Origin: Candidatus Woesearchaeota archaeon
Lineage (GTDB): Archaea > Nanobdellota > Nanobdellia > Woesearchaeales > JAGWAF01
Reading direction: 5' to 3'
DNA: 64,000 nucleotides
NCBI GenBank assembly: GCA_018303205.1
Contig: JAGVYP010000066.1
Span: 4,706 to 68,705, forward strand
Shown here: piece by piece, positions 9,035 through 18,533 of the stretch
Position numbering within the stretch: the first letter of the stretch is position 1
How the letters are laid out: the number at the start of each line of letters is the position of its first letter
The notes under the pieces: model-generated
Told to the model about the DNA's origin: nothing
What the model saw: the letters and a program-made list of their open reading frames with translations, nothing else
Database searches by the model: none
Made by a program: the position numbers and the translations under genes

Positions 9035-10284
9035 GGTTGATAATCTCGAATCCTTTCTGCCAACAACTTAGTACCTTGTCTAATACCATCTAAATCCATG
9101 TTTCCTGTAGAGACTCTTAACAAATGTCTGTGAGAGGTTCTTACTCTTTGTTCAGGATCATAGTTTTCGAAAGATCCTGTTAGGACATGGGGATGTTGAT
9201 CATATAAAAAAACAGTTAACTCTCCAGCATGTATAGCTCTAGGTAATTCTAATACTGAAATCATATGACTCGGAGAAGGCCTTCTTATCCTCATTTCAGG
9301 ACAAGCTTGTCCTAATTCACTATCCAATACGTCATTTCTTCTTTCTAATTCTTTCAATGCAGGTTGTTCACCGTAGATAAATATATTTTCTACAGTTCTT
9401 GCCAGTCCAAAAGGAGGAGGAGACACTCTCGGAACACTTTGTTTTACTTTCCGATTTCCTTCTGGAACAAGAATATAAGAAAGATATCCACAAGGTTTAT
9501 CCCCAAAACGCTTAGATAAGCCTTCAACAACATAAGGCATGGTAAACCATCTGCTTAAAGACTCTCTTTGTCCAAGAGGCTGATTACCCCTCATCACATC
9601 ATCTATAATAATTTCAACACCATATTTTAATGCAATAGTATCAATCTCTCTCGCTGCTGCTTCAGAAATACGATAAAGTAATGGATTAACAGGATCAACA
9701 AGAACCAAAGCTTTTATTTTCTTCTTTGGTGCAATCTTCCTAAAATTATCAACTAATTCTTGCTCTGTACTTGCCTCAAAATAAGCAAAATCATATTCCT
9801 GATTAGCAAAACCATCTAAGTTCCAAAAATGCCAATTAGGCAAAGGCATTGCAATTTGTCCACTTCTTCCAGCAAAGGCACGAAAAAGAAGGTCTATAGA
9901 TTGCCTGGTAGGTATCGGCAAAACAAAAACATCTTCCTCAGAACCATTCCATTCTGTTTCTCTTTTGCGCATATCACTAAAAACTTTTCTTATCTCACCA
10001 ACATCTTCTGTTTCCCCCGTTTGAACACCCACTCCTATTTCATCTCTTACAGAATCAAGAATCCCTTCTGGAATATATTTTGTAGCATTAAAATTATAAT
10101 GCGCTGTACCCAAATCATAAGTCACACAAGGACTATGACTCCTCTGACCACTTTGTATAATGATTAATCCTGATGATTCTTGAATTTCTATTAGTGGTGA
10201 TCCAGAACCACTTAAGAGAATATCTATTAGCGTTATTTCTATAGGTTTTTTCCTTCTCCTTTCTTCACTCATCACTCTGTTCAA
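9031..10284 (-). CDS. divergent PLP-dependent aminotransferase class I/II-like protein
   Basis: DPVNPL, IIDDVM, GLSKRFG, LLRVS. Confidence 0.72.
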   Translation of the reverse strand: MNRVMSEERRRKKPIEITLIDILLSGSGSPLIEIQESSGLIIIQSGQRSHSPCVTYDLGTAHYNFNATKYIPEGILDSVRDEIGVGVQTGETEDVGEIRKVFSDMRKRETEWNGSEEDVFVLPIPTRQSIDLLFRAFAGRSGQIAMPLPNWHFWNLDGFANQEYDFAYFEASTEQELVDNFRKIAPKKKIKALVLVDPVNPLLYRISEAAAREIDTIALKYGVEIIIDDVMRGNQPLGQRESLSRWFTMPYVVEGLSKRFGDKPCGYLSYILVPEGNRKVKQSVPRVSPPPFGLARTVENIFIYGEQPALKELERRNDVLDSELGQACPEMRIRRPSPSHMISVLELPRAIHAGELTVFLYDQHPHVLTGSFENYDPEQRVRTSHRHLLRVSTGNMDLDGIRQGTKLLAERIRDYQP

Positions 10285-10416
10285 TTGCCTATTTTTATAA
10301 AAGTAAGCTTTTCTAGGAGAAGGGATATCACTCTACAACTTCTTTTATCTTTTTCCTTGGAAATCTAAGCCTAAAAATAAGAAAAACATTTAAACTCCTG
10401 CCTTTTGCTTTAGAAC

Positions 10417-11010
10417 ATGAAAACAAAACCTCCCAGAACTGAAAGAAAGAAAAGAACAGGATGGTATATTACTCTTTTCATAGCTGGAGTTATGGTACTC
10501 AGTATTTTTGGCATTATAAACAATCCTGATCAAGCACAAAGCTATACTTATCAAGAATACACCTTTACCTATAACCAAAGAGATTTTCAATATGATACTA
10601 AAATCAATGACAAAACCGTTAAGTTTACCTTTCTTCCTCAAGACGTAGAATCACTTTCACTCCAAGATATCACACAACTTAAAGATACTAACTCTTTTTT
10701 GATGACCTATGACCCTACTGATCTCTATGCTGAAACGCTGGGAAGCATACAATACCTTTTAGAAACAGAACTTTATGATCATAAGAACATTATCGTACAG
10801 CGAGGCTTAGTCAATGCAACAGGGTACAGCTTGCCTGAAGTAACCTGTGCAACTGCAACGCCCCAGAATCAAGTCTTACTCTTTAGAACAGCAAACCAAA
10901 CCTCTTTTACACATGAAAACTTCTGCTTTATCATTGAAGGTAGTACCCAAACTGATCTTATCCAGTATTTTGACAGATTACGCTATGCCCTCTATGGAGT
11001 TATTGCATGA
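10417..11010 (+). CDS. membrane-anchored hypothetical protein (paralog family with 11007 and 20730)
   Basis: N-terminal TM; C-terminal pattern VTC...CFIIEG...LIQYFDRL. Confidence 0.7.
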   Translation: MKTKPPRTERKKRTGWYITLFIAGVMVLSIFGIINNPDQAQSYTYQEYTFTYNQRDFQYDTKINDKTVKFTFLPQDVESLSLQDITQLKDTNSFLMTYDPTDLYAETLGSIQYLLETELYDHKNIIVQRGLVNATGYSLPEVTCATATPQNQVLLFRTANQTSFTHENFCFIIEGSTQTDLIQYFDRLRYALYGVIA

Positions 11011-11729
11011 AAGACATTGAAAAAGTAGGAAAACTTCCCTTCACCAGAAAAACTATGCATGAAATGCTGGGAGAGAAACCTGAGGAAAAAGAAGCAGCAC
11101 CAAAAACTACTCAACCTATCAAAGAAGATAAGGCAAAAGAACAAAAACAAGAACGCATCATCTTCTGGACCGTCATAGGAATCATTGCAATTTTCGCATT
11201 CTTTCTGCTCTGGAAACTCTTTATTCCTGTGCAAGACGGAGAAGGCACTGAGTATGTTATTTATAACGATAATTATTTCACCAAAGAAGGTTTGTTCTGG
11301 GTTACCCAATGTGTGAGGAATGACACAGTTTATAATCTTCCTTTTCGTTATAATCCCTATGAAGTACTTGATGTCAAATTAGAAGGTATTTTAGATGAAC
11401 GTTTTCACCAAGGAAGAATTTACATTACCCATGACCCCGCAGAACATAATCTCTCCTATGTTGCTATTTCAGCTATTGCCTTTTCTGAGAGCATGGTCAG
11501 AGCATTTAATATCATGCCTGTTGCAGCATGCACAAAACAAGAAACAGAGGGATGCATTGACAGACCTATCATTGATTGTACTGCTCAAAATGCCTCTGTG
11601 ATTTACCTGCGCGATGCTGCACCCACACGTATTATTTTGAATGGTAACTGCATGACTGTGCAAGGTGAAAAAGAAGAATTACTTCGCGCAACAGATCGTG
11701 TTTTATTGCGATGGTATAAAATTTTATGA
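11007..11729 (+). CDS. membrane-anchored hypothetical protein
   Basis: TM, FRYNP, IYITHDP, ACT..C..IIDC, NCMTVQG..LLRATDR. Confidence 0.75.
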   Translation: MKDIEKVGKLPFTRKTMHEMLGEKPEEKEAAPKTTQPIKEDKAKEQKQERIIFWTVIGIIAIFAFFLLWKLFIPVQDGEGTEYVIYNDNYFTKEGLFWVTQCVRNDTVYNLPFRYNPYEVLDVKLEGILDERFHQGRIYITHDPAEHNLSYVAISAIAFSESMVRAFNIMPVAACTKQETEGCIDRPIIDCTAQNASVIYLRDAAPTRIILNGNCMTVQGEKEELLRATDRVLLRWYKIL

Positions 11730-12325
11730 CACCCCACTATTTTTCCCAGCATCAAACTTCTTCTTATCGCGAACAGGAATTTTCAGCTGTGCTTCACGGA
11801 AATACCCTTACCTTTCTTACCGCTTCAGGAGTTTTTTCTTTGAAAAAAATAGACAAGGGATCTGCATTATTAATAGAATATTCCCAGATTCCAGAACAAG
11901 CAAAAACCATCCTTGATCTTGGTTGCGGGTATGGAGCAGTAGGCATTGCACTCGCAAAAGCATTTCCTGAAAAAGAAGTGCTCATGAATGATGTGAATGA
12001 GCGTGCAGTATTTCTTTGCCAGAAAAACATTAAGAAAAACAATCTTGAAAACGCAAAAGTTGTTATCAGCGACGGATTTGAAAAAATAAACAAAAACTTT
12101 GATGTTATCTTACTGAATCCTCCTCAAACAGCAGGAAAAAAAGTGTGTGAAAAATTAATGGAGGAATCTTTTCATCATCTCAATGAAAAGGGAACATTGC
12201 AAATCGTTGCCAGACATCAAAAAGGAGGAAAGTCCTTAAGTGAACACATGAAAAACGTTTTTGGAAACCTTGATATCCTTGCTAAAGGAGGGGGTTACAG
12301 GGTGTATATAAGTAAGAAAGAATGA
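11726..12325 (+). CDS. class I SAM methyltransferase, RsmC/MTS small domain family
   Basis: GVFS..IDKGS, LDLGCGYG, LNPP. Confidence 0.9.
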   Translation: MTPHYFSQHQTSSYREQEFSAVLHGNTLTFLTASGVFSLKKIDKGSALLIEYSQIPEQAKTILDLGCGYGAVGIALAKAFPEKEVLMNDVNERAVFLCQKNIKKNNLENAKVVISDGFEKINKNFDVILLNPPQTAGKKVCEKLMEESFHHLNEKGTLQIVARHQKGGKSLSEHMKNVFGNLDILAKGGGYRVYISKKE

Positions 12326-12332
12326 TATAACG

Positions 12333-13056
12333 TTATTTTTGAATTTGTATTTCTCCTTTTTTTATTATCATCTTTGTAACAGAAGGCGCATCTTTATTGT
12401 TGTAGGAAGTAATACTTGCTATGTTCAGAGAGGTTCCCACTGGAAAGATGCTTTCTTTTCCGCTATGCTCATGCAGATGGCCGTGCACATGAAGCATATT
12501 TTTATTTTTTGTTTCTTCTAACATCTTTGTTATCTTTGCATCTCCCACATGACCAACTCCTTCAACCCAATCTTGGTCAGTTTCAGACAAGGGAGGTCCA
12601 TGTGTTACAAAAATCAGAGGTTCGTTTTGTTTTTGAAAGAAAGTAATTTTCTCTTGTGTTTCTTGATACTCTTTCTCTTCTAACGTAAATCCTTCTTTGG
12701 TAATGAATTGTTCATCATGATATCCTCTCAATGCTACCAGATTAACACCTTCAAGATCTGCATCATACAAATCAAAAACTAAAGGATATCTTTCTTGTAA
12801 TGCAGCTATTCCAGAAAAATAAACCTCTTGTTCTTCATGATTTCCAGGAATCACATATATCGGAATTCCTAGTTCTGCAAAAGGGGTAATGCCTTCAATC
12901 ATCTCTTTTTTATTATCCTTACTCTCTGGATACAGGGATTGAAGGCATTACCCCTTTTTCGCTCACGATACCTAGGGTTATAGGCTCTTCTTCTCCACAT
13001 CCTATAAGAATAAAAACGAAAAAAAAGAGTACTACCATCTTGTTTATGTTCTTCAT
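12333..13056 (-). pseudogene. lipoprotein metallophosphoesterase interrupted by an inverted duplication
   Basis: 5' part MKNINK...LIGC...LGIVS(E) from 13056 ends at a stop; 3' part retains PGNHE, VTHGPP, HGHLHE; DxH and GD motifs missing where a 22-bp inverted copy sits. Confidence 0.75.
12879..12958. repeat. perfect 22-bp inverted repeat, 36-nt spacer
   Basis: AAAAGGGGTAATGCCTTCAATC (12879-12900) and GATTGAAGGCATTACCCCTTTT (12937-12958). Confidence 0.95.
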
Positions 13057-13159
13057 TTTTTTGAACATGAGGGTTCTTCTTAAAAACCTTTTATTTTTCT
13101 ATATAGAAAATATTGTTTTGAAGAACACTTTTATATATAAACTCCTGCTCAACACTCCT

Positions 13160-13900
13160 ATGAAATCCTTCATCCTTATTTTCCTTGGCCTTCTGATCTT
13201 CTTAGCAGCTTGTACTACAGAAACTATACCTACAGAAACTACGCAAAATACCACATCAGAACAATCAGACCAAGAAGCTCCTGCTATTCTCCAGCCTAAC
13301 CAAATACTGGTCTGTGATGGAGAACATCAAGTAGTAGAAGGATTCCAATGCGTTTGTGAGCAAGGCTATAAAGTTTGTAACAAACAATGTGTTCCCGAAT
13401 CCCAATGTTGCACCAATTCTGATTGTCCAAGCGGTATTTGCACCAATGGTGCTTGCACTAATCCTTGTGAAAACACCTTTTGTCCTATCAACCAAGTTTG
13501 TGATCCGAACACAGGAAAATGCGGATGTACAACAGGAAACAAATACTGCAACAAACAAGACAGGTGCATTGCACTCAGCCAATGTTGTGACAATGCAGAT
13601 TGCAACAGAGCAAGAGAAGGAAGAAGATGCGTTGAAATCACTACTTCTGTTAATGTTTGCGTCAATGATGGCGCATTTTGCAAATGGGTTAGGCTTGATA
13701 CTCCTGCAAATGTTGCTCTCAACCAAACAGGATTTACCATTAAAGTAGAAGAACTCTATGATAGCAATCTTCTCGATGTAACAATCAATGATGTTCTTTT
13801 TGAAAGGCAAGCAGTGCCTGGAACAGTTATTGTCGGTGCTGATGAAATCACCTTTTCAGAATTTAAACTTTCTGGCGGGCAATGCCAAGAGTTTTCCTAG
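13160..13900 (+). CDS. cysteine-rich lipoprotein
   Basis: MKSFILIF...LAAC lipobox; repeated C-rich modules CCTNSDC and CCDNADC. Confidence 0.8.
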   Translation: MKSFILIFLGLLIFLAACTTETIPTETTQNTTSEQSDQEAPAILQPNQILVCDGEHQVVEGFQCVCEQGYKVCNKQCVPESQCCTNSDCPSGICTNGACTNPCENTFCPINQVCDPNTGKCGCTTGNKYCNKQDRCIALSQCCDNADCNRAREGRRCVEITTSVNVCVNDGAFCKWVRLDTPANVALNQTGFTIKVEELYDSNLLDVTINDVLFERQAVPGTVIVGADEITFSEFKLSGGQCQEFS

Positions 13901-13940
13901 AATTGTCCGTTATTTTTTACTTTTATTTCTATCTTTTTTC

Positions 13941-14040
13941 AGGTCATCACGGAGGTTTACTCTTCGTCCCTCAGAGCTCCTGCGAAATCAATCCTGCATG
14001 AATCGGATTGATTTCTGGTTTTACTCCAAGGTGATGACCT
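13941..14040 (-). ncRNA. unassigned structured repeat element, copy B
   Basis: Minus strand: AGGTCATCAC-CTT-GGAG...GAAATCAATCC-GATTCATGCA-GGATTGATTTC-GCA...CTCT-GAGGGACGA-AGAG-TAAAC-CTCC-GTGATGACCT. Confidence 0.75.
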
Positions 14041-14073
14041 TGGTATATTGAATGCTCAACAAATATCTTTCTT

Positions 14074-15704
14074 CTACTCAACCTTCTTACAAGAACACGA
14101 ACAAACATTTTCTTCATCTAAGGAACTTTTTTCATAAGCCAAGAAACGATCATTGCATTTTTCCCTACAGCTCTGTTCACAAAGAGCTTTGTGTTTTGTT
14201 GCTTCATCAACTTCCTCTTCCTTGATATCATACACATACACAGAATACCCCGGCATTGCAATCGGAGTTTTCTCCCGTAGCCAAGCATAACACTCAGCAT
14301 AATACGGCTCCAAACCAATCAATGCATTAATGCTAATAACAGCAATACCAGGCAATGGCAAACATCCTAACTCATGCGCTTTGATACCATAATATTCTAT
14401 AGGCTCATGCCCAAAATACTTGATATTCACTTCCTCAATACCCTCTTTTTTCAAATACGAAACAACCCTCTTCAAGTCCTGTCCCCAATCAAGATTAGAA
14501 TCAAGCAATACTTCTTTTCCCTGTTCAGGACCTCCAGCAAAGACATTGAAATATGCAAGATACTGCGGCATAATCAAAAGATGAGAAAGTACAAAACCCA
14601 AAATAAGAAGCGCCATGCAACAGGAAAAAATATTCTTTTTCATTTTCTCTTTTATCTCTACATTCACAACTTTACTCACAAAAACGATAAGAAAAGGATA
14701 TACAGGCAGGATATGACGTACACCAATATTAATGTTGTTCATCATAAAAAAAACAAGATAAGCAAAAAAAGGAATGATCAAGAAAAATTCTTTTTTCCAA
14801 GATAAGGAAGGAATTTTTTTCCAAAAAAGAACAACTAAGATAAGGAGAGCAAAAAGCGCAGGAGGAGTCTTAAAAAACACTCTGAATGAAGCATGACATC
14901 TTTCAGTCCCACAAAAAACGCTTCAAAATGTACAAATTGGTAAACAGCAAACACAAAAAAAAGTGCGACGATAAAACTAGGAAAAAACCACTTTATTTTT
15001 TTCAAATACCCTTTTATTCCCTCACTTTTATCCTCTTTTAAGAAAAACCAGAGAAATACCAATAGTATTACAACGGGAAAAATAAGAATCCCAGAAAATT
15101 TACTTGCGAGACATCCACCCAAAGCAGTGCCAAGCAATACTGCTCGTTGCCAAGAAGGCTGCTGAAGATATCGCCATAAAAGATAGACACTCAAAAAGAA
15201 AAATAAGGTAACACCCAGATCAGTTGTCACATACTTACTATGTGCAAGGATATTAGGCTCTAATGCAATAAAAAATGCTGCTAATAATCCTGCTTTGACT
15301 CCATACAAACTTCGTGCGAAAAGAAATACGATAAAACATAAAAAAAGTCCTGCAAGAAGAATAGGCATTCTCGCCCAAAAAACAAGTTGTTCTTTTTTTT
15401 CAGGATTATTCAGAAAGAAAAATCTTCTTCCAAACTCCCACTGATCAGCTGTCTTCCAACTTGTTCCTGTATCATATTCAGGATCCAAGAAAAGCATGGG
15501 AAAACCTGCAAGAAGTTTCATCAAAGGAGGATGCTCAGGATTCAGACGATAATCTTGCAATTTCCAATAGGTAAATCCTGCAGGGATATGAGCAAATTCA
15601 TCAATCGTAAGAGAATCCCCCTTCATACTCCCTATTCCAAGCGAAAACATGAGCAGTAAGATGATCGCTAAAATTCCATACTGATACTTTTCAACAAAGC
15701 TCAT
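14074..15704 (-). pseudogene. GT-C fold (ArnT/PMT-like) glycosyltransferase split by frameshift near 14880
   Basis: 14835..15704 has DEFAH, NPEHPPLMK, TTDLG; 14074..14880 has KTP, IGVRHILP, DSNLDWGQDL; halves are in different frames. Confidence 0.75.
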
Positions 15705-15728
15705 GAAAAAAAGAAGAAAAGATCCTAT

Positions 15729-16430
15729 TTATGCTTTTCTATGTTTCCAACGCATTTCTAAAATGTCCTTAAACATCTTCAAAGAGTCTTTTAATGGGTT
15801 TACTTTGCTTTCTCGAGAATTTTTCCAGACCACCGGAACTTCCTTGATGTCATACCCAAGACGGGATGCTAAAAAAAGTGCTTCCACATCAAAACTAAAA
15901 CCATTCAGATACTGTCTTTTGAAAATGTCCTGAGCAGCTTTCTTTGAGATCAACTTAAAACCACACTGTGTATCTTTAATGCCCCATAATCCTAAAGCTT
16001 GTACCATCTTATTACATGTTTTACCAAGCAAAACGCGATACAAAGGCTGTCTTTCTACAATAAGAGATCCTCGCAATGCTCGTGACCCAATAATAACCTT
16101 ATATGTTGCTTGCTGTTCTTTTAATTTTTCAAACTCTTCTATAGGAGTAGACAAGTCAGCATCGCTAAACAAGATCCAAGAGTGTTTGCTTTCCAACATA
16201 CCTCTTCTAATGCTATACCCTTTTCCCTTATTCTGCTCATTTCTGAGAATCTTGATGTTTGCGTTGTGAAGCTGTTGCACTTTCTCTATTGTTTTATCTG
16301 TGCTTCCATCATCAATAATAAGAATTTCAAATTGTTTCGTATTTTTTTCCAGATACGGAATAACCTTCTCAAGCGTTGCTTGAATTCTTCTTTCTTCATT
16401 ATAACACGGTATGACCACAGAAAGGTTCAT
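15729..16430 (-). CDS. polyprenyl/dolichyl-phosphate glycosyltransferase (GT2, ALG5-like)
   Basis: VVIPCYNE, DDGSTD, GKG, DADLS, DTQCGFK, FDVE. Confidence 0.9.
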   Translation of the reverse strand: MNLSVVIPCYNEERRIQATLEKVIPYLEKNTKQFEILIIDDGSTDKTIEKVQQLHNANIKILRNEQNKGKGYSIRRGMLESKHSWILFSDADLSTPIEEFEKLKEQQATYKVIIGSRALRGSLIVERQPLYRVLLGKTCNKMVQALGLWGIKDTQCGFKLISKKAAQDIFKRQYLNGFSFDVEALFLASRLGYDIKEVPVVWKNSRESKVNPLKDSLKMFKDILEMRWKHRKA

Positions 16431-16760
16431 ACGCTGAGAAAATTCTCCATGGTTTATAAAGTTATGTTCTCTATGAGGTATCTTATCACCCGTATAACTT
16501 CTTTTTCAAGAAGAGATCTTTTTTTTATCGTCATCATTTTTTCTCTTTTATCATAATCATTTTCTTGTCTCTAAAACTCTCTTTTATTTTTCTTTGAAAC
16601 ACAAAAAGTTCCACCATTCTTTGAATGTTATTTTTTTATAAAAAAAGATAGGAAAAGTAGAGAGAAGAAAAAGAGAAAAATAAAAGGAAAATAATTCTTT
16701 ACCTTCCTTTGTACCTTCTAAAAGCGTACTTTTTTAAATGGGATTATTTTCCCTTACTCT

Positions 16761-18032
16761 ATGGCCACGATAAGTCTCTGCATTATTGCTAAAAATGAGG
16801 GAAAACGCCTTGATCACTTTCTTACCCATCATGAACCACTTGTTGATGAAATTATCCTCGCAGATACCGGAAGCACGGACAACACCAAAAAAATAGCTGG
16901 CAAGCATTCCAAAGTAACCCTCTTCGATATTCCTTGGGAAGATGATTTTAGCAAAGCAAGAAATGAAACTTTAAAACGTGCAACAAAAGACTGGATCCTT
17001 ATTCTTGACCCTGACGAGGAAATTGCGGTTGTTGACTTTAAAAAAATACGAAGAGCAACAAATGTAGAGAAAGCAGACGCCTATATGCTCCAACAAGTAA
17101 CCCCTGTTCTTGAACAAAGACCCTCCTATCTCGTATCCTCTACCCCCGTACAAAATATTCTTGTGCGATTATTTAGAAACCATCAAGATATTAGCTTTCG
17201 TTACAGAGTACACGAAATTGTAGAATCTGTTCTCGTTGAAAAGAAAAAAAACATATTCTCTCTTCCTGTCATTATTCATCATCAAGGATTACAACAAGAA
17301 AAAAAACTATTAGAAGCAAAACATGAGTATTACAAAAAGCTTATCGCTCTGGAACTTAAAGAACTACCTCAAGATCCCAAACCCTGGTTTGAAATGGGTT
17401 CTTACTATTATTTTCGTGAAAAATATAAAGATGCACTTCCCTATTTTGAAAAGGCTGCCCAACTCAGCGTACGAACAGCAAAACCCTGGGACTTTCTAGG
17501 ACATACCTACTATAAACTTCATCAGGATGAAAAAGCATTTGATGCCTATAGACACGGAATCTTAGTCTCACAAGATGTCGCAGGTGATTTTCGCAATCTC
17601 GCATATTTTTTCTTACGAGAAAAAAAAGAACAACTGGCTCAACAAGCATTTGGCGAATCACTCAAACATGACCCTACAGATATCCCCACGCTTAACAATG
17701 CAGCATTCCTTTTTTTAAGACATCATCAACAAGAAAAAGCAGAACAACTCTTAAAAAAAGCGCTTCAGGAAGCGAAAAATAAAAACATCAAAGCACCCTT
17801 ACAGACTTTTACCAACCTTGCTATGCTTTATCTCGAACAAAGAAGAAATGAAGATGCAGAAGCCATGTTCAAACAAGGATTACAACATCAACATCCCTCA
17901 GCATATATCAATCTTGCCCAGTTTTATGAAAAAACCGGAAGAAAACAAGAAGCACTTACAATCTTACAAGAAGCAGAAAAAAAAGGAATCAAAGATGAAA
18001 CCTTACAAAAAATAAAAGAGGAACTCTCATGA
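16761..18032 (+). CDS. GT2 glycosyltransferase with TPR repeats
   Basis: SLCIIAKNE, DTGSTD, DDFSKARN, LDPDE, RVHE, C-terminal TPRs. Confidence 0.9.
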   Translation: MATISLCIIAKNEGKRLDHFLTHHEPLVDEIILADTGSTDNTKKIAGKHSKVTLFDIPWEDDFSKARNETLKRATKDWILILDPDEEIAVVDFKKIRRATNVEKADAYMLQQVTPVLEQRPSYLVSSTPVQNILVRLFRNHQDISFRYRVHEIVESVLVEKKKNIFSLPVIIHHQGLQQEKKLLEAKHEYYKKLIALELKELPQDPKPWFEMGSYYYFREKYKDALPYFEKAAQLSVRTAKPWDFLGHTYYKLHQDEKAFDAYRHGILVSQDVAGDFRNLAYFFLREKKEQLAQQAFGESLKHDPTDIPTLNNAAFLFLRHHQQEKAEQLLKKALQEAKNKNIKAPLQTFTNLAMLYLEQRRNEDAEAMFKQGLQHQHPSAYINLAQFYEKTGRKQEALTILQEAEKKGIKDETLQKIKEELS

Positions 18033-18421
18033 ACGAATCTACCGAAGCATTTAAACAAGGAATCTTCTCCTTAGAAAAAAAAAGCTATGCAGATGCTAGT
18101 GCTTACTTTGAAAAAGCAGTTGATCTCAACCCACAAAATCTAGATCATCATTACTATCTTGCATTTTCCTATGCACGACAAGGCAAGTTTCCTGTTGCCA
18201 TGAGAATGATCAGAAGAGCATTAACTTTGTCAAAGGAAAATCTGAAAACGTACAATCTGCAAGAACCCTATGCTGCCTTTTTTGTCTTAATAGGAGCAAT
18301 TCATGAAGAACAAGGTGTCTTTCCTAAAGCTGTGCGCGCTTATGAAAAAGCCATGAAACTGGGAACTCCCAAAAAAGACATTTTACAAAAAAGAATAGAC
18401 CACATGAAAGGGAAATACTAG
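18029..18421 (+). CDS. TPR protein
   Basis: A..YFEKAVDLNP and related TPR patterns. Confidence 0.85.
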   Translation: MNESTEAFKQGIFSLEKKSYADASAYFEKAVDLNPQNLDHHYYLAFSYARQGKFPVAMRMIRRALTLSKENLKTYNLQEPYAAFFVLIGAIHEEQGVFPKAVRAYEKAMKLGTPKKDILQKRIDHMKGKY

Positions 18422-18533
18422 CATTATTCTTCTTTTTTTATACCTTTTATTTACTACACTTTTAAAAAATACACGTAACTCTACTCCCAGAGAAACCATA
18501 ACACATAAAAAGGGAGACTTTCTTCTTTTTGCT

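Noticed and set aside
13941-14040. Glycine riboswitch, hammerhead or tRNA identity for the element
   Set aside because: Short words (GGAGA, GCAA, GGAC) are shared with the glycine aptamer but the CCGAAG/CUCUCAGG core is absent; no CUGAUGA/GAAA core; no cloverleaf
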